Part shown: positions 52,690-64,000 of the stretch, piece after piece
Position numbering within the stretch: the stretch's first letter is position 1
Layout: the number at the start of each line of letters is the position of its first letter
Source of the DNA: Takakia lepidozioides
Taxonomy: Eukaryota; Plantae; Bryophyta
NCBI GenBank assembly: GCA_030704615.1
Contig: CM060734.1
Span: forward strand, 5,270,001-5,334,000
DNA: 64,000 nt
Direction: 5' to 3'
Notes under the pieces: model-generated
Database searches by the model: none
Seen by the model: only the letters and a program-made list of their open reading frames with translations
What the model was told of the DNA's origin: nothing
Translations under genes and position numbers: made by a program

Positions 52690-54065
52690 AGTCTTCAGGT
52701 AGAGGTAGCGCTTACACAAGGCTTAAGGCTGCTTGAAGTGGGAGCATGCTACGCTGCACTTGACACAGTTGACCTGGCCCATGTTTGAGCTTCATACTTG
52801 GGTAGGGAAGCCCTTCAAGGATGACATGCTGTTGATGTTTCATACTCGACTTGATGATATCCTCAAAATACGAGAGGTTAGTACTGTGTTACACTAGCAT
52901 CTAAGAGTAAACCGAAGTCGGGGTTGACTCTCTGTTCAGTCAGATATCATTATGCACACAATAGGTGAGAACTCATTCATGCAGACCTGTTCTTGCTGAC
53001 TAGAGCTAGGTTTTGCATCAGAAGAGTACATGGTGACATCTGACATGCCCTCATCTTAGTTAGATTGTAGCGGCTTACGTAGCATGTCCTTCCTTCAGTG
53101 CTTGAGCCTTGTTGCTACAAAGGGTGGAAAATCAAAATGAACAATCTGTTACAAACAATGTTAGCGCAGGTACATGAAAGGCTGCTAATGCTAGTCTCTG
53201 CAAATGAGATGCGCTCACTGGCTGAGCGTGTGTTCCAACCTTTCTCTACTGTGAGACCTTTTGAATGCACGTCGACTGCTGAGAGTCTGTGGAAGGTTGC
53301 TTTCTCCCACCTGTTCACTCTAAGGGCTCATAGTCTTGTTTCAGTGGTAACAAGTGGTATTGACTGAAAAGACTTTCTCATTCTAGTCGATTTAACAAAA
53401 TATGTAGATCTTTATCTGCTTTCTCAACGAGGTATAGGTGAAACCCTAAAAGCAGATACATGTGCTGAAAGATGCATGCAAAGGGTTCGATAATTTTGGT
53501 TTGGCATCAGAGCAGCATTCTAGGACGCCCAATATTTACAGATAGATTCATGTTGTATGTCTGATGTAGGCTGCTTTGGTGGAGTATGAGGAAAAGATGC
53601 TTCCAATAGAGGGGAAGATAGCCTTAAAACTGCGGGAACTCTTTTGCTCTTCTCTCCTACCTTCCTTTGCAGCATCTGTCAGAGAAAATGCAAACAACTC
53701 TGTTTCAGCTATGGCTCGGCCTCATCAGGTGGCAAACTTCTTTTCTTCTGGTTATAATGCGTTCCTTAGACCATCTGGTGTTTGCAAATTTCTCTTTAGC
53801 TTTCAGGAATGTCCCAATTGCACTGACTTTATATGCAAAGTTTCCCTCTGTTGGGGAACCTTGGTAAATGAAGGCTAGTAAGAAGATAAAGAGGTCGGTG
53901 TATCCTTGCACAACAACATCTTTTTAAATGGTATGTGTTTTGTTGTGCTGACAGCTATGTGCAGGTGATGGGAGAACTGCGCAGGTTTAAAGAGCTCTTT
54001 GGAAAACCTCTTGTGGTGCAGTGTCTGGCAAGTGAAGGACATAGGCTCCTCTCACTAATTCAAAG
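52690..54065 (+). pseudogene. Four-exon internal fragment of IFT (cytoplasmic dynein-2) heavy chain: ~52690-52876, 53170-53295, 53570-53728, 53965-54065
   Basis: GT-AG introns. KWEHATLHLTQLTWP...RLDDILKIRE|VHERLL...VFQPF...ESLWK|AALVEYEEKMLPIEGKIA.KL...PHQ|VM.E..RFKELF.KP matches the DYNC2H1/DHC1b tail region as I recall it. Frameshift near 52735. Confidence 0.75.
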
Positions 54066-54579
54066 GTGATTGGCAGAGAGTCACAATTTTTTGTTGTTGT
54101 TTGATGCCCTTTGTTGTTCTTTGTCCGTCTCCTATAGAGGAAATCAAAGTCGCAAGCTCCTCAATCAGAAGCATTCCTACTTTGTGTTGTGTGAAGGAGG
54201 AACCATGGAATCATTGATATGCACCAGTGTCAGCATGTAGGCATGTTGAGGCTCTGAGGAGTACATTTGAAGAGAAGTGTGTTGTGTTCAGCACCCATAA
54301 TAGAAAGAATGAATTTGATGTGGCATTGCCCCACTGCCATGCGGGGATAGTTGTTGGAAGTAGTAGAGTCGTCCCTATTTTTTCATGTTGAATTCTGCAA
54401 GTTAGCTCGTTGGTGGATCTATGGTGGTTTTGGAGTGATTTTGTACACCATGTACCTTCTTCTTCAACCTATTTCAGTCTGTTTTGCCCTCTCATCATTA
54501 GGGTTTAGGGTGTTTGCTGGAAGAACTTCATGCCATCAGTGTCAGCTGCTAGTAGCAAGGCTGAGGATGTATTCATGAT

Positions 54580-55200
54580 TTGTCCACAGGCAGGGATAGC
54601 TGAGGACCAGGGATAGAGGTCCAGATTCATCCAAGAGGGCCGGATTTCAAACACAAGTTTCTTTCTGCTTCCTTGTGGATCAATAGCTACAAGCAATCGC
54701 GCGGGTAGATGGTCAACTGGAAACATCAGCGGCAGCAGTGCAATTGATAGAACAAGGCAATGCTAATGAAGGTACATTCTTCAACACATTTCAGCCTGTT
54801 TTTCCCTATTATCAGAGTTTTTCCATGTTTTTTCCTGAAGGAGCAGGGATAGAGTGTGGGTCCAGATTCATCCACGAGGGTTGGACTTCAAGCTCCAGAT
54901 TACCTTGATTCCATGTGGGTCAGTAGCTACAAGAAACCTACATGGGTAGATAGTAAACTAAAGGAGCTATTGCAGCGGCACAGATGATAAAATCAGGCAC
55001 CTCAACCATGACCACAGCTTCTGAAAGAGGATCAAGAGAGGGAGTCCACAATGCCTCTTCTGACATTTCTGGGCATGTGAAGATACTTTGTGCGGCAGAC
55101 AGCCTGACAGAGGCTCTACAGATTCTAAACCAATGAGGCATTTTAGCAGATTCAGATATGTATGTTTGTCTCTTGCTTAAGTGCATCACTGTCACCAACC
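54580..55200 (+). pseudogene. Degenerate PDF-motif repeats followed by the start of a PPR array
   Basis: DFKHKFLSASLWINS...VDGQL, then VKILCAADSLTEALQILNQ*GILADSDMYVCLLLKC, similar to 16387-16495. Confidence 0.65.
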
Positions 55201-55418
55201 AGGGCAAAGGTGGGGCCACTCCTTGGATTAAAACGTATAAATATGTTGGCTTCCTTTAGCATGCAAAGGAGAGAAGGAAAAGACATAAACAGTTCGGTTT
55301 TCCTTCAGACCTATGTTTGATCCAATCTCAGATCCTTACCTTTGCAATCCTTACCTTTGGAGATGTACTTCAATGATATGTGGGCAGAGGTAGGATGGTT
55401 TCCAGTGGGAAGCTAGTT

Positions 55419-57276
55419 AGATTGTACTCATAAGACGTTGTTTGCCGTAGCCTTGTGGACTTTGACCCCGCGCCCAGTTTGAGCGGGAACAAAAGGGACA
55501 GAACCTACCTCTGTCAGGGGCTGACGTTGGTAGTAAGACTTACCTTCATATATAGAATTAATCCGGGTTTTCCAGATATCCTCTAGAAATCCCTTCACAC
55601 AAGCATCAATCTGCTGTGTGTGATTTGCCCAAAAACTAGGCCTCAGGAGGGCCTGGGCTTTCGGCTCAGCCTCGAGACTTTCAAAGTTGGTAAACAAGGG
55701 TACAGGCACAATTCCCTTGATAGATTTGAAGAGAGCGTCTCTTTGGTGAGAGAACCCGTATCAGAAAATGAATACTGTCTTCAGATTGCCCACATAACTG
55801 GCAATTGCACTCTCCCTTCAGTCTCTGCTTCTGTTTGTTGTTCAAAGGTAGGCTTCCTGCCCTGAGTTTAAATTTCAGTCTAGTGCCGAGAGTGGGTAGA
55901 CCCTTGAGGTCATCCAAGATGTCCTCCCCCATGTCACTGACTGGAAACAAGTTCAGGGAAGTTTTCTGCCTAACTTCATTTTCATCAGACAATCTCATGG
56001 CAACAGACATGGCTTCCGACACTACAGACTCTAAGTCAGATTTATCCAGCAGGGTCAAGACTTGCGGATCCAGGTCCAGGTCCTTGAGAATCTCTTCTAC
56101 TCTCTTCTGCCAGGACTTAGCCTGTTTGACAGGGCGGTCCTGTTTCCAACATATAGAGTCGATTAACTTAGGATATCTGGTGTTGGGCATATGTTGTAGC
56201 TGACCCCACCATCTGACCTTGAATTCATCTCGTCGGGAGCTTAAGGATGGAATGCCAAACTCACCCCGAACAGCCACATTGGCTGTTTTGGAGCATGCTG
56301 ACATACACTCCTTAAGCACCCCCACTTGAATGGATTCTAGAGACTTAGCCTGGTTGGAGTTATCAACCCATATAGCAGATCCGTACCCCAAGGCAGGTCT
56401 AATAATGCGAGAAAGCATGGTTTTCTTAACCTCAAAGTTGACCCCTCTGCAGTGGAAAAATTTAGTGAGCCCCAGAGCTTTGCCCTTGCCAGTTTGAACA
56501 ACTTTCTGGATATATGCATCCCAATTACAATTGGGGGACAATTCATGCACAATTCCCTTGATAGATTTGAAGAGAGCGTCTCTTTGGTGAGAGAACCCCG
56601 GACAGTGTATCAGAAAATGAATATTGTCTTCAGATTGCCCACACAATGGGAAGTGCACTCCCCCTTTCCTCTCTGCTTCTGTTTGCTGTTCAAAGGTAGG
56701 CTTCCTTCCCTGAGTTTAAATTTCAGTCTAGTGCCGAGAGTGGGTGGACCCTTGAGGTCATCCAAGATGTCCTCCCCCATGTCACTGACTAGAAACAAGT
56801 TCAGGGAAGTTTTCTGCCTAACTTCATTTTCATCAGACAATCTCATGGCAACAGACACTACAGCCTCTAAGTCGGATTTATCCAGCAGGGTCAAGACTTG
56901 CGGATCCAGGTCCAGGTCCTTGAGAATCTCTTGTACTCTGGTGTTGGGAAAACACCTTTTGATCTCAGTCCAAACCAGGAAGTGGTCAGAGGTACCAATA
57001 TCAGTTCTGTCGATCAACACATTGGCACACTGGGGGAACACATTTTTGTCCATTATGATATAGTCCACAATGGAACGTTCCCCAATTTGGGATTTCTCAC
57101 GAGTCCACTGCACTTGGTCACCTCTTGTCTTGTTATTCAAGGTCAAAAGCTGAAGCTCTTCCAGACAGTTAATTAACCGTCTGCCATTAGAATTCAGCTC
57201 GTCCTCACCAGAAGACCCAATGATATCGTCCTGATGGAGCCCTTTGCCCACTTGGGCATTGGAGTCACCCTGCAAT
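55419..57276 (-). mobile_element. Rearranged LINE copy: endonuclease piece + C-terminal piece + longer 3' piece
   Basis: 57276-56935 is APE (GDSNAQVG, SIVDYI, TSDH). 56935-56547 and 56547-55419 closely match 28755-29150 and 28310-29441 respectively. Confidence 0.92.
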
Positions 57277-57279
57277 AGC

Positions 57280-58260
57280 ACCACAGAGATGAAGAGAAGC
57301 TTTGGAATGAGACACTTTTCTGACCCCAGTCAATGGTGGGACAATGTGGGTGGATGGTCAACTGGAAACAGCAGCGGCAGCAGCGCAATTGATAGAGCAA
57401 GGCACTGCTGATGAAGGTACCTTCTTCAACACATTTCAGCCTGAGGGCACCTTCTGGTTTGACCTGTTTCAGCCTGTTTTTCCCTCTTATTAGACGCAGC
57501 CCTGAAGCATATGTATTGAATTCTGTTGGGTGGATTGAGTTAGCTCGTTGGGTGGATGGAGTGACTTTGCAAGTTACTGCCGAGGTGGCAGCACGACAGT
57601 ACCTAAAAAAAGATAACAGAGATGGAGAGAAGCTTTCAAGGAATGAATACTTTTCTGACCCCAGTCAGTGGTGGGACAATGTAGGAGATAGTCAACTGGA
57701 AATAGCAGCGGCAGCAGCGCAATCGATAGAACAAGGGACTGCTAATGAAGGTATCTTCTTCAACACATTTCAGCCTGTTTTTCCCTGTTATCAGAGTCGT
57801 CCCTAAATTTCCAGATGGCCGGATTCCAAGCTCCAGATTACCTATGATTCCATGTGGAAGGATAGCTACAAGAAACCTGCATGGGTAGATGGTCAACTGG
57901 AAGCCACTGTAGCAGCTGCAGAGGCATGATGTACGCATTGTTTAGTGTGGAGGGAGGGATAGCTGTTGATGCAGGGAGAGGATCGTGGGTGCAAAATCAT
58001 CCAAGAGGGCCAGATTTGGAGCAAGGAACAACGCTGGCAGGAGTTCTATAAATATGATCCACAGCGGTGGGACAATATTGTCAACAAGGTGAGCTTTCTT
58101 CATGCAACATCGTAGGGAATTTGACATAACTTTGTATTTAAATATGTTAGTGTGGAGGGAGGGCTAGCCGCTGCTGCAAGGATGGACTGTGGGTTCAGGA
58201 TCACCCAAGAGGGCTACCAGCAGTGGAAGTAGCAGCACTTGGTCAATAGCAGCAGCAAGA
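57280..58260 (+). pseudogene. Further degenerate PDF-motif (OSB-type WWDN...PDF) repeats
   Basis: W...YFSDPSQWWDN at ~57310 and ~57645. CCAAGAGGGC...GATTT blocks at ~57810, 58000 and 58205. Duplicated segments are shared with 54700-54960. Confidence 0.6.
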
Positions 58261-58446
58261 ATTAGCAACATCAAACTCATCAATCAGGTACTTGCTTCTG
58301 TACACATTTCATCCTCTTATCAACGTAGTCCCTGCTTGGACAGCCTATAGGGCTGTATAAAACAGGACTTTGGAACCTTCCAACCTGGGTGCTTTGTTAT
58401 TGGTCTATCAAGGTCTGATTTGAAATGTTTTCATTGCATTTTGCAG

Positions 58447-61400
58447 GTGAACTCATCATGGAAGAAGAGTTGGAAGTAAAAGTCCTGCTCGTTGGAGGAG
58501 ATGCATCACCAAACAGGCTTGGTTCTGTGTTCACTATGCAAGGTGTCACATACAAATGCATCCGAGCAGAAATTCTAGGTGATGAGCTTGTCTCAGGAAA
58601 ATTTCATTTCCTTTCCATGGGGGGTAGTGTCTTTTCAGCCAAGCAGGAAGAGAGGATGGTTCTGAAAGGGGATACTGTACACATTAAGATTTCAGACCAA
58701 AATGATGGGGACCAAGGATTGAAAAGACCTATATCTTCCAGTGGTTCTACGATCTTGCATGAGTACAGACCAGACGAGGACCCGACACCAGTGTCTAAAA
58801 AGATGAGGATGGACCCTGATACACCCTTTGCTGGCGATGGTGGAAATGAAGACCGTGCACATGAGCATGCACTTCAACAGAGATATGGTAGATTGTGCAG
58901 CACATTGGCTACATCCAGCGATATTCAAAAATGGCAGAAAAAAGATTAGAGCCGTTGAAAGGAAAATCTCTGCAGAAGGACGATGTGACAAGTTTGAGCT
59001 CATGACAAAGGATCAACAAGGTCAAGCAATGTTCCACATATGGTGTGTTGAGTGTGAGGATGTTTATGCACGGTCTGGGAAAAACAAACCATATGATGCA
59101 TGTGCAAACTTTATGAGATCTCATTTGAGGAGTGAGGGGCATCGCATAGCCTATGAGAGGCGTCATGGGAAGGGTTCATCACAATGTGTCATCAGCCCTG
59201 TAAATGCAGATGAAGAATTAGATGCAAAGAAGAACAGGGTGAAGGAGGCATTAGAGGAAGTCGCTCGGTTTTGTGAAGACAATCCTGGAAACAGATTTGA
59301 GATTGTGGAAGCCACAATTGGAGACTATTCGCAGTTGGGTTCCATAAGGATTAAGTGCGCACTTGATTCGAAGTGGCTACTCTTGTTTCCAAGGACAGGT
59401 TCTTTGCAATCTTCTTTGACAGAGCATGTGAAGGGAAAAACTCATGTCGATGCAGAGATTTGCCAGAAGGTTGGAAGTAGTGAAGGACTGTGCAAAAAAA
59501 GAGGAAGGCCTCCAAAGCCTATGATTGCCAAAGATGTAAAGCAACGGGATCTAAGCTCTTTCTTGGTCAGTCAACCTGTGTTGCCGTCCCCACCACTTGA
59601 CAATCCAATTGTGGCATCAACAATGGGAGCATCCTCGTCACAAACTCCATACACTTGTGTTGACGCTGCCCAACGGACAGATCTGATTGAGGATTGACAA
59701 TTACAGCGAAGGTCCCAATGCAACAAAGGAAGAGACAGTTTGTGTTGGGGCCTATGGGATGAATGGTGGGAGTACAACCACAAGAGAATAAGTCTGAAAC
59801 CATTCCTTCAAGATAGCAAGGGATGAAAGAAGTGGTATGTCGAGCCGTTGACACATGCAACCATCACTCTAAACAATCAAGAGCATAAGGTTGTTGGTAC
59901 GTTTCGGCACGCGGATTGTTTTAGAGTGTCATTGGATGGGGAGCCATTTCCAAACTTGAGGTGTTCAGCATGTTCTTCCATTCCCTTGGAAAATGACTTC
60001 AGAATGAGGGTATATAGAGAGAGAGGTGCCATGGAATATAGAGGGGAGAGAGATACTGGCAAGGGAAGAAGGTTGTCATATCTTGGAAATGTCGAGATTG
60101 TCAAACAAGTTTACAAAAATAGACAGGAGTTGAGGCAGTTGAGGTTCAAATTGTGGGAGGCCAGGACCAAAGTGGCATCCTTGTTTGTGCAATGTAGGAG
60201 TTTGAAGGAGTCTGGGATTGAGGCAATTGAAAGAGGAGATGTTCTCAAATTTTGTCGTGATATTGTTGATGCACATAGGAGGGGGATTTTGAAGGAAAAG
60301 AAAGTTTGTGGGATTTTATTGTTGATATGGGCAAGAATATTGACAGGTCTCCACAAGGGAAGAGGTATGGTACTAGCACAAAAACAATGTTTGAGATTGT
60401 GCAGCTTTGGGGGGGTCCAAGATTGCATCATTTTTTGGCTTCAAATGTGGGGGGTCCTTCTATTGATACTACAAGACGGTCTTTGAGGAAAGGTTTGAAG
60501 TATAGAGCGGGAGAAAGTGATGATATATTTCAGCATGTGGCTGGAATTTACAGAGATGTGATGGAAGATGCAAATATTCCAATGGGAAGCATCCCAGTGC
60601 TGGTGGCCGAAGATGAAACTGTTGTGAAGCGATTGGTACGTTGGATTGCTAGGGATAACACCCTTCTCGGGTTCTGTGGGCTTCAAGACAACCATGTATG
60701 TATTTCAAATTTTGTGGTGCAAGTGGGAGAAGGGGAATCAGGGTACGAACATATTGTGGACGCATTCAAAAACAATGTGGTTGCCCATTACGCTAGAGTG
60801 TTGATAGCAAATCCTCTACATGTACGATTACCTCGATTGGTATTGGTAATCCAACTCACTTGCAATAGATTTGACAACAATTTTGTGAGATCACAATGGG
60901 AAGTGGTGAGACAGTTGTGGGACAAATATGTGAGGGACGTGGTTGGGCCTATAATTGGGCATGCTTCAGACGGAGATAGTAGGAGGAGAGAAGTGATGTT
61001 AGAAGATTATGCCAATGGGCTGGAAGTAGATTTTGCATCCCTTGGGAAGGATGGTTGTTTACAGGTCGAGTGTGCAACGGGGGAGATATATACGGACTCC
61101 ATGATCAGGACTTCATCCACAATGGGAAAAAATTGGTAAATCCCTTGGACAGTGCATCACGGACTTTGGTGTTGGGTGATGAGGTTGCTACATTGAATCA
61201 TGTGTTATTGGTCTACCATTCATTTTCAGTGGACAAGCATGGACTTCGGGAATGTGATATCAAAAGAGAAGATCAACAGAATTGGGCAGCAGCTCAACGA
61301 CTGGCATCTCGAAAGGTGCAAGCTTGTTTGAGGGAATTACAATCAACTGTGAATCATCGAAGAGAGATGACCAAAGGTACTGAATTTTACCTATATATCA

Positions 61401-62893
61401 TTTCATGCTACATCGACATTTTTTTGTCTCCTCACATGTCATTGTGTGAGAGGGTACAATCTGTTGCGAATGTATCGTTTTTTTTTTTTCAGATTGTGGA
61501 AGTTGTGGTTATTCCACCACGAGGTGTATAATCTGAAATCCTTCTTCATTAGCAGGGAAACATACTTGGATTTACAAATTTCATGCCACTACGTGGTTCT
61601 ACTTATCAAATTGTTCAAGGATAAGTTTAATCATGTGCAAGTTCCTTTGAGCCTTGTTGGTTCAGATGTGTGTGAAATATTCTTCAGCAAAGTGGGAGGT
61701 ATGTTACGGAATGAGAGGACATATGACGGATGTGATTTGGTTGAGAGTGCGGGAGCATTAACACGCATATCCGAGTTCGAGGTGAATCCAAAAGGACCCA
61801 AGTTCTCAAGAGCTCTCAAGAAACAAGAACACATTTGGTTTTCTTTGGAGAAGAAGCCAGGTATTCCCCTTGCTGATTTGTCCGACTTTTCTACTGTCTA
61901 ATCGGATAATTGCATTGTGGAGGCTTTGAAAACTGGATTTCTAGAAGCGCAACTTTTATGCCATAAACTTGGGATGAAACCAAACAAAGCGACAAACTTG
62001 GATTGGTGGAATGAGCCATGGACAATTGAGAGACAAATGGAGGCCGAGCTATTCAAAAGCATGGAAGAGGAGGGTGATGATGTCGATGCCATAGATTCTA
62101 TTTGTCCTCTTAATGCAGACACACATATTCAAAATGAGGTCGTGGAAGATGAATTGGTGTGCGGGCCTTCGAATTCAATGGAGGATGTTTTGAGCCAACC
62201 TTTGGATGATCATGCGGAAGACGTACTTATTCAAAGTGAATTGAGACATACTCTGGATGCTGTCATTGATGAGTTTGAACAAGAGAAAGATGGATCGAAA
62301 GTGGTGGTTCCATTTGTCAAAGTAGAGGGGAAGACCATATTCAAAAGCACTTTGGTTAACCAACTCAAAGACAACCCTACTCTATCCAAGGATAGATTGA
62401 CACGAGTAAGAAGTGCATCGTGTTGTTTTGCCGATAAAACAAACCAACTACCAGCAACAAAACCACGAGCTTCAGATTGGGTTCGGATTGTGCTGTATTT
62501 TTTGTTGATGAGGAGACTGCGATCCAAACTACAAACAGGAAAGGCAGACCAGGGAAAACCTGCAGAGGAGCAACCAAAGGCACTTGGTATTTGGGCAGGG
62601 TTTAAAGAATGCGGAAGAAAATCAATAAGCGGTTTATAGAATGTAGGGATTCTGTTGATTTATTGGAGCGTCCTTCTCATATGGAGATTGGGTTAGCATG
62701 GTACCAAAAAATTCGAGGAGGGGTCTATACGTACGATTTGACGGATAACATGATGGTTGATTTGGATTCCATTATCGCGTTAGCATGTTTAAAGTACAAT
62801 GTCAAGTCAAACACATATGTACTTGATGCAAATGACCGAAAAGTCTTTAACAACTTTATCAAAAGCAATTTTTTTTTTAAATTAATTTGTTAG
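58447..62893 (+). pseudogene. Frameshifted transposase: N-terminal C2H2-like zinc fingers + AT-hook, P-element/THAP9-like DDE core
   Basis: WCVEC...NFMRSHLRSEGH, KKRGRPPK, VAEDET, HASDGDSRRR, QDFIHNGKKLVNPL, REDQQNWAAAQRL, GSDVCEIFFSKVGG, spread over successive ORFs inside the TIRs. Confidence 0.78.
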
Positions 62894-63238
62894 ATTTTTT
62901 TAAATGAATAAATTCGATATAATATAAAAACATACATATACATATTGGAGGGTTATTTTTAATGATGGAAAATGAGAATATATATACATAAGGGGGTACT
63001 TTTTAAAAATTGTAAATTTTTGTATATTTACAGGAGGGGGTTTTATAATCTTCAAAAAATATGTACAGAAGGGGTATAAATTATCCAAAGACCCGTATAC
63101 AGGGGGTTTTTTTATTAGGCGACGAACGCACGTGATACGCACAGTTTATAAAGAGTGCAGCCCCCGGGAAGGTTGCCGACATGTACATGAACAATTTCGA
63201 CGCTGAAATTGGCAAAAGAGAGGAAAATCGCATCATAC

Positions 63239-64000
63239 CTTGACACCCTCGTTGAATAGACCCTATATGTTGATGCAAGTCCAGATCTTCTTCAGAATGG
63301 ATGCTGCACTTTTCTTCGACCATACTTTGACATCATTCGCAGTGACGTCTCCATCGGCTGCTAGCACAACAATACAGCCGTCGTCGTCCAACATATTGGC
63401 CGCGAACCCGAATGTGTGGCTCCAGTTTCTTTCGTCGTACTTGTTCCAGCACGGGAGTGAGCCCAGTCCCACTATCTCCTGCCTATCCGGGATATTCACA
63501 AAGATCATGTCGATTGAGGCTTTCACCGCCCTGCCCCCAACTGTGCTCTTCTTGTCGTGGCTCATCACCAGAAAATACCCCATCATCTTTGTGTAGCCAC
63601 GAGTGTCCTCAATTTCATTGCCAGTGGCCTTCCTCTTCCCCTTCTCCTGGTGGGCCTCCATTGCCTTCCTCAATCTCGTTTTCTCCTGCCTTGTAGTCAG
63701 AGCACTTATGAAACTTTCATTAACACACTCCACAATTGTGGGTGTTTTGAGGGGTTCCCTGTCCGCAATGTGCACCGCACGGTAGGGTCTTCCAGGTGCA
63801 TCCTGTACAGTGCTCTCTTCGCAGCTGAATCCCCGGAGCGTTGGTCTTTGTGAATTTTCGGACGAGGTGTGGCCCCTGGGTGTTATCCTGCTAGAAATTG
63901 TCGTCGGAATCCTCGTCGTCTGGCTGAGTATGTTGCCGCTTCTTCTTCTTGGGTGTGGGGCTCTTCGTCTCTTGCCCCTGTTTGCGCGTTTTTTTCCTCT
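63239..64000 (-). pseudogene. Degenerate ORF with NLS and an amino (N4/N6) DNA methyltransferase-like catalytic lobe; runs off the window
   Basis: PKKKKRQ NLS. SIDMIFVNIPD ... FAANMLDDDGCIVVL ... KIW resembles beta-class motifs IV-VI. In-frame TAGs. Probable donor AAG|GTATGA at ~63239. Confidence 0.45.

Larger units (their letters stand above)
52309..63168 (+). mobile_element. 10.9-kb DNA transposon with bipartite TIRs, a P-like DDE transposase and captured gene fragments
   Basis: Left end CATGGGGGGTGCACTC versus right end (reverse complement) CCCGGGGGCTGCACTC. Inner repeat CACGTGCGT lies exactly 34 bp inside both ends (52343; 63134). Clustered subterminal AGGGGGT motifs. No TSD. Confidence 0.8.

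Noticed and set aside
21300-63168. A 42-kb macro-transposon pairing the 21300 left TIR with the 63168 right TIR and carrying GET4
   Set aside because: The flanks (GGTTTGCA vs AAGGTTGC) are not a TSD, and a nearer left end exists at 52309.

Overview
Eukaryotic nuclear DNA with spliceosomal introns. PLS-type PPR fragments plus an IFT dynein (DHC1b) fragment suggest a seed-free land plant with flagellate sperm, probably a bryophyte (inference). The window is TE-dominated and holds one apparently intact host gene, GET4 (12 coding exons, 24476-31825, with a LINE in intron 6). In order: a ~1-kb-unit satellite (1-7423); a decayed chromovirus-like Ty3/Gypsy; gene fragments (O-fucosyltransferase exon, PDF-motif/PPR) with LINE, SINE and Harbinger relics; GET4. 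The highlight follows: a near-intact ~11.9-kb Ty3/Gypsy element whose polyprotein reads Gag-zinc knuckles-protease-C5 DNA methyltransferase-[TAG CAA CCA, a CARYYA readthrough context]-RT-RNaseH-integrase-PHD finger, with ends that are not an LTR pair. A decayed sister copy sits head-to-head with it and carries a solo LTR. Next is a 10.9-kb DNA transposon with bipartite TIRs, a P-element-like DDE transposase and captured host fragments. At the window edge is a degenerate N4/N6-methyltransferase-like ORF. All family assignments are by eye from motifs; no searches were run.
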